From IMG/VR virus record IMGVR_UViG_2925908680_000001: a stretch of 64,000 bases of DNA; one strand, given 5' to 3'. Made by a program: the position numbers and the translations under genes. How positions within the stretch are numbered: position 1 is the first letter of the stretch; the number at the start of each line of letters is the position of its first letter. Shown one piece after another: positions 8,937 to 18,341 of this stretch. The stretch is from a virus. Taxonomy: Duplodnaviria; Heunggongvirae; Uroviricota; Caudoviricetes. A model generated the notes under the pieces. The model had not been told where the DNA came from, did not search any database, and saw only the letters and a program-made list of their open reading frames with translations.

Positions 8937-9281
8937 TTGCAGAGTCAAATCACGGAATCAAGACGCTTCAAGGTGGATGGTTACACCGTAACCTTCGCCG
9001 CTGGTGTTAAGAACAGTCATGCTGTCGTTGTGTTCGGCATCATGACCGGGCTTGAGGCCGTCCCTGTGTTTACCCTCGAAAAAAACTGGCGAAATCTGGA
9101 GGAAGCAGAAAGCTACGTCCGGAAAGTAACCATCATTGCCGCCGAAAAACTCCTGGCCCACTATCAGGAAAATTATCGCACTATGGTCGAGAAGATTAAT
9201 CTCGCTTTCACTCGCCCCACTACCGGCTTTATCGCACCAGATACTAATGCAGGTCGATATCCTGCAAGGGGGCGTCGGTGA
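8937..9281 (+). CDS. Hypothetical protein (non-ATG start implied by ORF track)
   Basis: ORF track; TTG start. Confidence 0.4.
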   Translation: MQSQITESRRFKVDGYTVTFAAGVKNSHAVVVFGIMTGLEAVPVFTLEKNWRNLEEAESYVRKVTIIAAEKLLAHYQENYRTMVEKINLAFTRPTTGFIAPDTNAGRYPARGRR

Positions 9282-9754
9282 AAACTTATTACCCATCTCT
9301 GAATTGTTACCCGTCTTCCTATCCAGAATTGTCCGGGAAGCTGTTAGCTCTATTAGCTAAAGCACCTACGGAATGGTTTAAGCCAGTCGTTATTAATCCG
9401 CACTTCCAGGATTACGGATCTGTTCGTACTCGTAACGAACTCAAAAACCTACTGGCGCATGGATTCATTCGACACCGTGCCGGGAAAGGCTATCAGTTAG
9501 CGATTGCGCCAGAAGAGGCCGTGCGGCTATTCGCATATCGTGACAGCCAGACAAAAGCTCGGGTAATAGCTCAAATACTTCATAACGGCAGCACCTATGC
9601 CCGCCAGTTTGGCGGCGACACGTCGCAGTTCTTGCGGGCGGTGCGATCGCTGGAGGAGCAAGGAGTTATTGAAAGTTCCTGTCTTCCTGTTCCTACCGTT
9701 CCACATATCAAACGTCGGGTTTACACCTTCACGCAGAGAGCTAAAAAACTATGA
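9278..9754 (+). CDS. Hypothetical protein
   Basis: ORF track; GTG start overlapping upstream stop. Confidence 0.45.
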   Translation: MKTYYPSLNCYPSSYPELSGKLLALLAKAPTEWFKPVVINPHFQDYGSVRTRNELKNLLAHGFIRHRAGKGYQLAIAPEEAVRLFAYRDSQTKARVIAQILHNGSTYARQFGGDTSQFLRAVRSLEEQGVIESSCLPVPTVPHIKRRVYTFTQRAKKL

Positions 9755-10245
9755 TTTACGTAAAAGTGAAACGCCTACATCCGGCAGCAAAACTTCCAGC
9801 TTATGCCACCTCCGGATCGGCGGCGATGGATTTTGAGGCTGTTGAAATAACACCATGCGTCGATAGCAATGGTGAAATTTCCTCAAGCTGGTGGGTGCAT
9901 ACCGGACTGGCTATGGAGATCCCGCCCGGCTGGTGTCTGAAACTCTATCCGCGCTCCGGGTTGGGTTGCAAAAAACATACCCGCCTGGCTAACTGCGTAG
10001 GAATTATCGACTCCGATTATCGCGGTGAAATCATGGCAAAACTGATTGCTGATCCCGGCGGGGAAGGCGTTTGCCTCAAGCCTGGAATGGCTGTTATGCA
10101 AGGCATTTTTGAGCGTGTTGAACAAGTCTCACTAGTCGAGGTTGAGGAACTCAACGAAACGGAACGTGGTGCTGGTGGCTTTGGTAGCACATCGGAAGGC
10201 CACTTTGAAATTAAGCGTTCACCGCTTCAGTACGAAAAGTTATAA
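9751..10245 (+). CDS. dut: dUTPase (deoxyuridine triphosphatase)
   Basis: Trimeric dUTPase motifs GIIDSDYRGEI and RGAGGFGSTS in the translation. Confidence 0.85.
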   Translation: MIYVKVKRLHPAAKLPAYATSGSAAMDFEAVEITPCVDSNGEISSSWWVHTGLAMEIPPGWCLKLYPRSGLGCKKHTRLANCVGIIDSDYRGEIMAKLIADPGGEGVCLKPGMAVMQGIFERVEQVSLVEVEELNETERGAGGFGSTSEGHFEIKRSPLQYEKL

Positions 10246-10259
10246 GCAGAGAAAAGACT

Positions 10260-10910
10260 ATGAATAACATGGCAACGAAAGAGCTTTTTAAGGTCCTTCC
10301 CAAATACAAAGCTCACAAAAACGTTAGTGCATCGAAAATCAAAAATGTTGTTATTTTCGGAGTAACTGATGACCCACTTTGGGGCTGCATCGAACTCGTT
10401 GAACCCAAAGGGGCAACAGTTTGTGTTGACGCAATTTTTTTACAAAAACACCGACCAAAAACTGGCGGGTATCTGATCGTTTATGAAAACGGTTATCTGT
10501 TCTATGCCCCGGAGAAACCATTTGAGCAATGCTATGGCCTGGTTAACGACGCCTCCGAAAATGGGGTATCGCTCAGCATTGAAGGTCACAATGGGGTGAC
10601 ATTCATTACAGCCAGGGACGTAACTATTGCTGTCGGTGGCATCATTACCACACAAGAAGAAATCGACCTTGAAGCAGCCGACTTTTCTGACGCGCTAATG
10701 TGGCTGAAAGAAGGAAAAAATGTAGCTCGACGCGAGTGGAAAGGCGAAAAGCAATTCTGCTGGTTAGTTCTCGCTGGGAGCGTCAATTTACATGACATTC
10801 AGGTTCCTTATGGTGACCATTTTGTGTTGAAAGATGCACAAAATATAAACAGCGTTTGGTTGCCGTCTGTTGATGATTTACTGGCTTGTGACTGGTTTGT
10901 AGTGGAGTGA
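10260..10910 (+). CDS. Hypothetical protein with C-terminal DUF2829-like domain
   Basis: C-terminal FSDALMWLKEGKNVARREWKG ... WLPSVDDLLACDWFVVE fits the DUF2829 signature as recalled; about 120-aa N-terminal extension. Confidence 0.55.
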   Translation: MNNMATKELFKVLPKYKAHKNVSASKIKNVVIFGVTDDPLWGCIELVEPKGATVCVDAIFLQKHRPKTGGYLIVYENGYLFYAPEKPFEQCYGLVNDASENGVSLSIEGHNGVTFITARDVTIAVGGIITTQEEIDLEAADFSDALMWLKEGKNVARREWKGEKQFCWLVLAGSVNLHDIQVPYGDHFVLKDAQNINSVWLPSVDDLLACDWFVVE

Positions 10911-10916
10911 TTTGAC

Positions 10917-11693
10917 ATGGAAAGCACCAAAACAATTCAATACCGCTTGCGTAATGGCCTGCTGGTGGCTGTTAACGCCGACATGTCACTGCCGTTTGAC
11001 ACGATTGAACGCACTATCATGACGTATCTCGGCTTTAATGAAGAGCTGAATGAAGAGCATGGCGTAGCTATATGGAGTGATGCAGACAGCGGCGTTCGTC
11101 GTTACATCACCGCCAGGGGCAAAGACTACTCTCTGGAAGAACTGTTTGCCCTTGCGCAGTCTTTCGAATGTGTAGCATTAGACCTGTTTAATGATCCTGC
11201 TATAGCGCAACGACTTATACGCGAGCTTGGGCTATCCGTTACACCAATTATCTTTAAAAATGGCAGCCTAACTGGCACATGGCGCGTAGAACGCATCTCA
11301 AACTACCTTCCATATAACCGACAGTTAAATGGAGTAATCTCCGGCGTTAATCAGCCCGTAGCGTGTGAAAATGTAAACCTGGTTGTCGCTGTTTTGGCAA
11401 CCGCATGTCGTGTTATCGGTTTGGCTAAACAGGCATTTATTCATTTCCCAAATGGTGCAGAAGGTAGCGCAGAGATTATCGCGTGTGATTTCGAATTTAC
11501 CTGGATGCTACGCGAATATCTGGACCAAACAGTATTCCGTGCCGAAGAACTGGATATGTATATCACGTCAACGATTCCAGACGATGTGCGAGCTGAAGCA
11601 ATCGCTACAGCCAGGGCGAAATGCCGTGCGGCGATTGCAGAACGGGCCAAAGAAGAACAGTCCAATGATACAGCGGCAGAAGAGGTGAAATAA
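10917..11693 (+). CDS. Hypothetical protein
   Basis: ORF track; followed by an intrinsic terminator. Confidence 0.55.
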   Translation: MESTKTIQYRLRNGLLVAVNADMSLPFDTIERTIMTYLGFNEELNEEHGVAIWSDADSGVRRYITARGKDYSLEELFALAQSFECVALDLFNDPAIAQRLIRELGLSVTPIIFKNGSLTGTWRVERISNYLPYNRQLNGVISGVNQPVACENVNLVVAVLATACRVIGLAKQAFIHFPNGAEGSAEIIACDFEFTWMLREYLDQTVFRAEELDMYITSTIPDDVRAEAIATARAKCRAAIAERAKEEQSNDTAAEEVK

Positions 11694-11697
11694 CAAA

Positions 11698-11727
11698 AAG
11701 CCCGCTTGGTATGGCGGGCTTCTTTTC
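11698..11727 (+). terminator. Rho-independent terminator
   Basis: gcccgc-ttggtatg-gcgggc stem-loop followed by ttcttttc. Confidence 0.7.
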
Positions 11728-11923
11728 AAATACTGGAAGCACTTTGTCTGCTACCAAGCATTCTCTGTTTAAGCACAACCATTTCCTGACGGCATAACAC
11801 AGCAATAGCGGTCCTGGCACCAATTTGCTTACCAATCAGGTATTGCTTTACCTCGCGGCGACTCACGCCATCAAGAAGCATCTTTAACGCTTCACGGGAC
11901 AATTTGTTGTATTTGCGTGCCAT
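11726..11923 (-). CDS. Small hypothetical protein, possible HTH
   Basis: ORF track frame with ATG at 11923 (MARKYNKLSREALK...). Confidence 0.35.
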   Translation of the reverse strand: MARKYNKLSREALKMLLDGVSRREVKQYLIGKQIGARTAIAVLCRQEMVVLKQRMLGSRQSASSI

Positions 11924-11927
11924 TAAT

Positions 11928-12203
11928 CTACTCCGCAGAACCATACAATCTACGTAGCGTGGTAGCAGTAGATGCAGATATCGCCCTTAAAACCTCCTCC
12001 TTACTTACATCACTGCGGGAGAGGATTTCAGAAGGCGATATTTCCTTTAACGACTTTTGCTTCTCTTTGCAGTTCTCGACCAGTTCCGCAGGAATAACAA
12101 ACCTGCTATCAATCGGCACAAGTTCATCAAGCGTTTGTTTGGGTACGTTAAACGTAGGATTCTTGAACACCGCAGATTCGGTTCTTAAGTTAATTTTCGA
12201 CAT
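11928..12203 (-). CDS. Hypothetical protein with Doc-like C-terminal tail
   Basis: C-terminus ...EEVLRAISASTATTLRRLYGSAE parallels the Doc C-terminus ...[19 protein letters not shown] encoded just upstream. Confidence 0.45.
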   Translation of the reverse strand: MSKINLRTESAVFKNPTFNVPKQTLDELVPIDSRFVIPAELVENCKEKQKSLKEISPSEILSRSDVSKEEVLRAISASTATTLRRLYGSAE

Positions 12204-12222
12204 TGTTTCGTAACTCCACTAC

Positions 12223-12603
12223 TCAAGTCTTGGAACCATATAGTTCACGTAGCTTTTCTGCGACTGAAGATACGGCGATTTCACCAGTCGCAGCCCCTAC
12301 AGTAAGGTCTGCCAGTTCAGGTGAATCAAATACCTGCACCCCGTTACGGCGTAGAAATAGCAGCGCACTGTTTAGCGCGGTACGCTTATTGGCATCATTG
12401 AATATATGCCCTCTCGCTGTAGCCACCAGGTAGGTGGCGGAGACTTCGAAAAGGTCGGTGATCTCTTCGTAGGCAACTCTGGCCTGAACTCTCCCGATAA
12501 TGGCCTCTGCCCTGCCCGGATCTGACATGCCAGGCAGGCCGCCGTAGCGGCTTATATTCGCATCATGAAGCGCAATAAGTTCTTCCGGTGATATATGCCT
12601 CAT
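12223..12603 (-). CDS. doc: Doc toxin (Fic/Doc family kinase)
   Basis: 126 aa; I recognise the P1 Doc sequence pattern; coupled to phd. Confidence 0.9.
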
Positions 12604-12824
12604 TATCGGTTAACCAGTTCCTTGTTGGTGGAGTCCAGGGTGTCAAACAGGGATGCAAATTCAGCATCCAGCGCCGCTTTTTTGTAGGCTTCGAAAGTAG
12701 ACTTGCTGACAATTACTGCTGGCTCACGGCCTCTGCGGGTGATTTCAACCTCTTCCCCGGCTTCAACATTGTTGAGCACTTCAGAAAGGTTGCCGCGCGC
12801 GGTACGGAAGTTAATGGATTGCAT
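12603..12824 (-). CDS. phd: Phd antitoxin
   Basis: 73 aa from [39 protein letters not shown]...; stop overlaps doc start. Confidence 0.9.
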
Positions 12825-12896
12825 AAACACCTCGTGTACTCGTTATGTGTACACAATTATAAACCTCACAGGCATAAAGCACCAGCCCTTTGCAGC

Positions 12897-13286
12897 TTAA
12901 ATAACCGGACAATCATCAAACTCCCCAATTCGGGCATCATTGATGACATGAGTGATCACACCAAAAACAGCATTACTGCCCGTGCATCCATCGTCATCTA
13001 CTGGTAACGCCTCTTTCTTCCCGGTGCTTAAATCCTCCAGGTGCTGGCGCGGATACTTCCTGTATCTCTTTATGCGATATTCACCCTCCATAGCGCAGAC
13101 AAGTAGCGAACCATCAACCGGAGTAAGTGAGGAATCGACCACCAGCAAAGCACCCTGCAATATTCCCTCACGGTGATGGCTATCAGCTGCCCGCATGAAG
13201 TAGGTTGCTGATGGATGCCTGATTAGTTGCTGATCAAGAGAAATTCGGCTTTCAACATAATCCGCCGCAGGAGAAGGGAAGCCCAT
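12897..13286 (-). CDS. humD: UmuD-like protein (HumD homolog, S24 peptidase family)
   Basis: 129 aa; UmuD-prime-like sequence; LexA box directly upstream; humD-phd-doc synteny as in P1. Confidence 0.75.
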   Translation of the reverse strand: MGFPSPAADYVESRISLDQQLIRHPSATYFMRAADSHHREGILQGALLVVDSSLTPVDGSLLVCAMEGEYRIKRYRKYPRQHLEDLSTGKKEALPVDDDGCTGSNAVFGVITHVINDARIGEFDDCPVI

Positions 13287-13305
13287 AGCGTTTTCACCTC
13301 AACAA

Positions 13306-13325
13306 TACTGTTCATTTATACAGTA
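13306..13325. promoter_or_regulatory. LexA (SOS) box
   Basis: tactgttcatttatacagta matches the CTG-N10-CAG consensus; 20-40 bp upstream of humD. Confidence 0.75.
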
Positions 13326-13460
13326 TACATTAAAGGGACACCTTTGGTGCAAACGCGTTACGTACATCAACCACCGCTGATGATTTTGTGCTCTTTGCTA
13401 CTATTCATCACCAACGGATCAGCGTAACCTCGTTGCCAATCAGTTAATAAGGAATTAGCT

Positions 13461-14042
13461 ATGCCTAATCGCATTCCTCTCGATCCTGTATTGCCCAAGA
13501 ATTTTGACTGCACTCCTAACGAGAAACGCTCTAAAGCTCAGCTGGACGCCTGGTGGGACCATCCCTATGGGGTTACAGAACATGACGGGAAAATTGTTGT
13601 TTATTGTCTGAATGGTGGCGCGTGGGACCGTCCATCCGTGCTTGGTTTGGCAAATAACTATGATGAAGCCTGTGAACTTGCCGAAAGACAGCAGGCTAGA
13701 TGGGTGAATACACGGTCTGAACCGACATTCATGTTTTCAAAAGAACCGCCATTTATACTGGCGAGGATGCCGCAGCGACCGGATCATCAACAAGAAATTG
13801 TTGCTGAATTTTCCTCAAGGGATGAGATGAATCTCTTCTCATTAAAGCAGGAAGAAAGGGATCGCGTCGAAGTGTCTCCAACTCTCGACCACAACCAGAT
13901 GAACCTGGCCCAACTCGCCTGGTACAGCAAAGAATTAGAGATGTCTATTGCCCGACTTGAAAACGAAAAAGCCGCTATCCAAGCCCAGCATGAAGTAGTT
14001 CTGAACCGGATTAGAGAAATGCAAAACGATAATAGAGGCTAA
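13461..14042 (+). CDS. Hypothetical protein with C-terminal coiled coil
   Basis: ORF track; RBS aggaat before ATG; divergent from humD. Confidence 0.5.
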   Translation: MPNRIPLDPVLPKNFDCTPNEKRSKAQLDAWWDHPYGVTEHDGKIVVYCLNGGAWDRPSVLGLANNYDEACELAERQQARWVNTRSEPTFMFSKEPPFILARMPQRPDHQQEIVAEFSSRDEMNLFSLKQEERDRVEVSPTLDHNQMNLAQLAWYSKELEMSIARLENEKAAIQAQHEVVLNRIREMQNDNRG

Positions 14043-14102
14043 ATCGAGGTAGAAAACACATTGTTTAAGGCCACTAATTGTGGCCTCAAAGGGGAGAGAT
14101 GC

Positions 14103-14654
14103 TTATTGGCTATGGCTAAAAATCAAATGAGACACTTCATGTGGTTGTAGCTCGTCAAGATCCGGGGCCACAAAACCTTTTCCGAAAAACTTCACAAGTA
14201 ATTCACCAGCCGAATCATTGTCACCTATTACACGAAAGTCATACGGCAGCATCGCAAGTTGACGGCGTAATCCTGCGGAGAAAGTCGAACCTAACAGCGC
14301 CCACGAATTGCCGCCCGCGTTGTGTACAGCTGCGCTCTTAAAAATAGACTCAGTTATCCATATTGGGCCATCTTTTAAAGGAAGATAGGTTCCCCAAAGT
14401 AACTGTCTGCCATGTGATCGCGTGAAATACCGGGCCATCTTCGGATTGCTATGCTGCTTAGGAGCACCTGGTCTATATGTCTGATACCCAGCCAACATCC
14501 CATCAAACCTGTATAGAGGGAATGTAACTACTCCTTCACTTTCATCGATCCACTGTCTATATGGGTGTATATCATGGCGGTAGTTACGAGTTAGCAAATG
14601 AGCTTCCAGCTTTCCAAATTTTGTCATATTCCGTTCTTCCTGCATACTGGGCAT
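14103..14654 (-). CDS. Hypothetical protein, possible Toprim-like fold
   Basis: Segments IWITESIFKSAAV and FRVIGDNDSAGEL resemble Toprim E and DxD motifs; weak. Confidence 0.4.
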   Translation of the reverse strand: MPSMQEERNMTKFGKLEAHLLTRNYRHDIHPYRQWIDESEGVVTFPLYRFDGMLAGYQTYRPGAPKQHSNPKMARYFTRSHGRQLLWGTYLPLKDGPIWITESIFKSAAVHNAGGNSWALLGSTFSAGLRRQLAMLPYDFRVIGDNDSAGELLVKFFGKGFVAPDLDELQPHEVSHLIFSHSQ

Positions 14655-14929
14655 GTGTTCTCTGTGAAATATGGGAAACTATTATCCAGCTCATCTACCC
14701 ACTGTTTATGGTCGAAGCAGAAAAATATCTCCCACGGCATTCCATATTCTTCCATCCATAGGCGGATCTGCATTTCTATTGGAATCGGCGGTATTGCAGA
14801 CACCATATCAACAGGATAACAGTTCAGACGACGTTCCAGTTTTTCTACTCTCTTCTGGAGATGAAATATCCGATCCAGATGCACACGCCGCTCCCGTGCC
14901 ATTTTAAAATAAAGCTCGCCGGTCATCAT
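14624..14929 (-). CDS. Small coiled-coil plus C-terminal Cys-motif protein (paralog A)
   Basis: C-terminus WEIFFCFDHKQWVDELDNSFPYFTENTCPVCRK; paralogous to the adjacent ORF. Confidence 0.5.
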   Translation of the reverse strand: MMTGELYFKMARERRVHLDRIFHLQKRVEKLERRLNCYPVDMVSAIPPIPIEMQIRLWMEEYGMPWEIFFCFDHKQWVDELDNSFPYFTENTCPVCRKNGI

Positions 14930-15213
14930 TAACTCCTACATTCAGGGCAAGAGTTCCCTTCCGCAAAATAGGGGAAACTGCTATCAAGCTCATCACACCA
15001 TCTGCGATGGTCGTAGCACCAAAACGCCTCCCACGGTGCACGGAAATACTTCATCCACCAGGACACTCGATCAGGTATATCTGCTGGTGGCAGCTCTTCT
15101 GGCAATAATTTGCCTGATAATTCCCTTTCCGCCCGCGCCAGCATTCCTTTTAGACTCGCATTCTCTTTTTCAAGAATATCTATGCGCGCCTGTAACTCAG
15201 CTTTCGTTGGCAT
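14929..15213 (-). CDS. Small coiled-coil plus C-terminal Cys-motif protein (paralog B)
   Basis: C-terminus WEAFWCYDHRRWCDELDSSFPYFAEGNSCPECRS; start chosen at MPTKAEL. Confidence 0.5.
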   Translation of the reverse strand: MPTKAELQARIDILEKENASLKGMLARAERELSGKLLPEELPPADIPDRVSWWMKYFRAPWEAFWCYDHRRWCDELDSSFPYFAEGNSCPECRS

Positions 15214-15877
15214 GGTCCGCCTCATGCTTTTCAGCCACCAGCGGCAATAAAGCCCTGGCCATCTTATGAACCAACAGAGCATCGATAATGCCAAGCGTAT
15301 GCCCCGGCTTAATGTTTAATGCCGCCTCAAGGTGACACCTTTCCAGGTCACTTTTCTCGGCTTGTTTATGATGATCTGGCGTAATAACGTCGCCCAAAAC
15401 ACGGCTAATTCTTTCTCGTAATTGCTGGGTGCCTGCACACTTGATCGCTGTATCGTGGAGACGGTTAACCAGTTCGCGATAAACATGCGGCTTAATGCGG
15501 ATACGTTCACCGGTGACGCCCTTTCCTGGCGCTGGCACCGAACTATCCGGAATATCCGGATAGTTGCCAGCCTCGTAAGCTACCCGCAGCCAGTGCATGA
15601 ATGTTTCAGTGGACACACAACCACAGTCCACATCGATTTTTCCGCGTTGCTGTTCCAGCCACTGCTCAAAATTCAATCTACACGTATTACTTTCATGTTG
15701 CTCTTTTTGTCTCAAGGCCAGCACCTGTTGGGCCAGTTCCAGAACGATACCGGGTGACGCTAACCTCTCAAATTCCAATAAATAGTTTGCGTCAGGATGA
15801 CAAGTAGCCTCGCCTGCAAAAAATACCAATTGCTGTAAGTATGCTGTCGTTAGAGTAGTCATTTCTTTTTGCGCCAT
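15197..15877 (-). CDS. Hypothetical early protein sharing a C-terminal module with ORF 24369-24989
   Basis: Shared segment YRELVNRLHDTAIKCAGTQQLRERIS vs YRELVDALRDVAIECHGTDQLRARLS. Confidence 0.5.
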   Translation of the reverse strand: MAQKEMTTLTTAYLQQLVFFAGEATCHPDANYLLEFERLASPGIVLELAQQVLALRQKEQHESNTCRLNFEQWLEQQRGKIDVDCGCVSTETFMHWLRVAYEAGNYPDIPDSSVPAPGKGVTGERIRIKPHVYRELVNRLHDTAIKCAGTQQLRERISRVLGDVITPDHHKQAEKSDLERCHLEAALNIKPGHTLGIIDALLVHKMARALLPLVAEKHEADHANES

Positions 15878-16233
15878 TTCTTTTCACATTCCTTAGTCCA
15901 TTTTTCAATGTTCATTTTGGCAATATCAGTCATTCCATCACCTAAGAAATACTTTTTCCGGTACGTCTTGCACTTAAACCACACTACAACAGCCACCAGC
16001 CAGAAAATAAAAGGCCATACGGCAATACCAACTCCAGCCGCGATAAAGCCCAATATCCATAAATGAAGCTCTCCAACTTCTGTTTCCGGCAATATTCTTA
16101 AAGAATTAAACAGCAGGCTGAACGAATGGTCGTATGCATTGGCAGTATAAGACATGCAATCCATATAATTAAAGTCATAGCCTGCGGCTGCCGCCCATAA
16201 TGGGCGGTCAAGAAAATGTTTTAGTGTCATCAT
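15859..16233 (-). CDS. Hypothetical membrane protein
   Basis: Hydrophobic stretch ILGFIAAGVGIAVWPFIFWLVAVVVWF; basic C-terminus. Confidence 0.45.
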   Translation of the reverse strand: MMTLKHFLDRPLWAAAAGYDFNYMDCMSYTANAYDHSFSLLFNSLRILPETEVGELHLWILGFIAAGVGIAVWPFIFWLVAVVVWFKCKTYRKKYFLGDGMTDIAKMNIEKWTKECEKKWRKKK

Positions 16234-16239
16234 ATTAAT

Positions 16240-16533
16240 TTAAGGTTCAGACCAGTTATCTTCAATAGCAATGCTTAATCTTTGTAGCCATTCTGCTAAT
16301 TTCAGCATTGCTTCTCTTTCGCTTAAACCACACGGAAAATCATCAAGCGATATTGTTGGCTTGAAGTTTCCCAAATTATCCATTTCAACGGTCAGATTTT
16401 GCTCCAGAACGGTATTTCTTACGCGGCTATTGTGCCGAAGCAAATATACTGAACGTGATTTATTGGTTTTGTGGTCGAACGTATATTCGGTAAGTATCAT
16501 CTGACTTCCGCCATGATTATTACCGCGCCACAT
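16240..16533 (-). CDS. Hypothetical protein
   Basis: ORF track. Confidence 0.4.
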   Translation of the reverse strand: MWRGNNHGGSQMILTEYTFDHKTNKSRSVYLLRHNSRVRNTVLEQNLTVEMDNLGNFKPTISLDDFPCGLSEREAMLKLAEWLQRLSIAIEDNWSEP

Positions 16534-16556
16534 AATTACTCCGTGTTAATTGAAAT

Positions 16557-16919
16557 TTAGCTATTAATCTTCACTTTTATCGCGAACACCTTTACCGGTT
16601 TATCACCGAAGTGTGGATGTGTGATTGTTTTTATTTCATATCCGTTATACGGGACGTCTATTCTGCGACTGGAATCGTCGCGCTTCGGATATCCCTTTGT
16701 GATAATCAGGCGGTCATATTCCCGGAACATGATTCGCTTATTCCAGTAGTCATTACACAAGCGATACTCTTCCGTTTTCTCTCCAGACTTCATCTGGTCG
16801 AAATATTCACCGTTAACTGCCAGTTGAAGGTTAGCCACGGTTAACCTCCTGCGGTGGTTCCGGTAGCGGCATCCAGTGAGTTGCCTGCTCAATACCATTA
16901 CCCGGTTTAATCGTTGCAT
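16557..16919 (-). CDS. Hypothetical protein (true start probably internal)
   Basis: ORF track; overlaps the upstream gene. Confidence 0.4.
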   Translation of the reverse strand: MQRLNRVMVLSRQLTGCRYRNHRRRLTVANLQLAVNGEYFDQMKSGEKTEEYRLCNDYWNKRIMFREYDRLIITKGYPKRDDSSRRIDVPYNGYEIKTITHPHFGDKPVKVFAIKVKINS

Positions 16920-18075
16920 CTCCGCGCCGAAAGGTGCTTCCGGTATAGCGTGCGGAGCATATTAGCGGTTCAACCAGAGAGCTATCGAAATTCACCGAAA
17001 TAAGCACGTTCTGGCCCTTTTCAGGCATTCGCTCACTACAGCTTATCCAACTATCCGAAATTACCGGAGAGTTTACGGCTAACGAGCGACCCAACTCAGC
17101 GCGGGCTTGCCAGGCTAACCAGGCAGCGTTTTTTGCGCCAACACCAGCTATGGGGAGGTTCTCGTCGTTATTCCAGGCATTGAAAGCTGCACGTTCATCA
17201 AGCCCAACAGGTACTACTGCCAACTGACTGGCATATTTGTTAATGGTAACGATAAGCTCTTGCTCAGCCTCATCCAGACAATCACCGATACCTCGCCTGT
17301 CACCGTCAAAATCATCGAAATCGGCACGAATCTTGGCAACCTTCAGGATTGCGGACAACACCTCACTAAGAATTACCGGATAGTTGGTTGACGTTTCCGC
17401 GATTTCCCGAAAATTATTGGTTGATGTTTCCGCGATTTCCCGAAAGTTTCCGGCATGAAGCATAGCCGCGCGGCAGGCGTTCCAGCCACCACGAAACCCA
17501 TTAGCCCATGCATCACTTTTCGGTAATTTCTCCATTAAATCATCAGCAATTTCCCCAGGTACTACCGGCACTGGCTTGGCGGTATAAAGCGGTGTTATAT
17601 CTGCCCGAAAATTACATGCTTTATGCAGCCGCACCCACCGTTCGACTTCTGCTTTGTCAAAATACATACCAGTGAACGTGTTATATTCACGGTCAATTTG
17701 CGTGAATGTTACCTTCCACGCCACCGGCTCTGCTTCCAGCGATGCCAGCGCAATTCGTGCCAGTTCTTCCGCTTCTTCTGCTGGCAGTACAACGTTGCTA
17801 CCCGGTCCGTATGTTTCGCGCCACTGCTTGATTGTCAGCAGTCGCTCTTTGGTTATAGTGGTCATGGGTTTTCCATCCGCCATCTCTTCATCGGTTTCCC
17901 ATAAAACTCGCGCCTGCCCCTCACAGACTTGAATGACTCCGCCACGACCGCAGGAGTTGCACTTAACGGCATCGTCATCCCACAAGGCGGTTTCATTTCC
18001 GCGAGCTGTTTTGACCGTGTGTGATTTATTCCCGCAGCGGCATTTGTTGAGCCAGTCAATAGTGAAAGTTTTCAT
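16831..18075 (-). CDS. Ea22-like early protein with DUF551-like C-terminus
   Basis: C-terminal ...ATHWMPLPEPP pattern; internal tandem duplication NFREIAETSTN x2. Confidence 0.5.
   Translation of the reverse strand: MKTFTIDWLNKCRCGNKSHTVKTARGNETALWDDDAVKCNSCGRGGVIQVCEGQARVLWETDEEMADGKPMTTITKERLLTIKQWRETYGPGSNVVLPAEEAEELARIALASLEAEPVAWKVTFTQIDREYNTFTGMYFDKAEVERWVRLHKACNFRADITPLYTAKPVPVVPGEIADDLMEKLPKSDAWANGFRGGWNACRAAMLHAGNFREIAETSTNNFREIAETSTNYPVILSEVLSAILKVAKIRADFDDFDGDRRGIGDCLDEAEQELIVTINKYASQLAVVPVGLDERAAFNAWNNDENLPIAGVGAKNAAWLAWQARAELGRSLAVNSPVISDSWISCSERMPEKGQNVLISVNFDSSLVEPLICSARYTGSTFRRGDATIKPGNGIEQATHWMPLPEPPQEVNRG
17385..17450. repeat. 33-bp in-frame tandem duplication inside ORF 16831-18075
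   Basis: ttggttgacgtttccgcgatttcccgaaaatta followed by ttggttgatgtttccgcgatttcccgaaagttt. Confidence 0.8.
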
Positions 18076-18341
18076 GATGCCTCTCCTTTACCCGCTGCTT
18101 TCGCCTGCTCTTTAGCAAGTCGCTCCGCTTCTCTGAAATCCCAATCCACTCGATGTGCTATATCAATTGCAGAGCGCACGGTTCGCTCAATTAGCGTATC
18201 CAGATTGTCAATTGTCATTGCCATATCTGGATTGCGAGATAAAATCTCCGCCCTCTGAATCTGCCAGTTGTTGCAGGTTTCAAGTAATGAGTTAGCCATA
18301 TCACTCTCCTTTGATGCGAATGCCAGCGGTGCGGGAATCAT
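18072..18341 (-). CDS. Hypothetical protein
   Basis: ORF track. Confidence 0.4.
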   Translation of the reverse strand: MIPAPLAFASKESDMANSLLETCNNWQIQRAEILSRNPDMAMTIDNLDTLIERTVRSAIDIAHRVDWDFREAERLAKEQAKAAGKGEAS

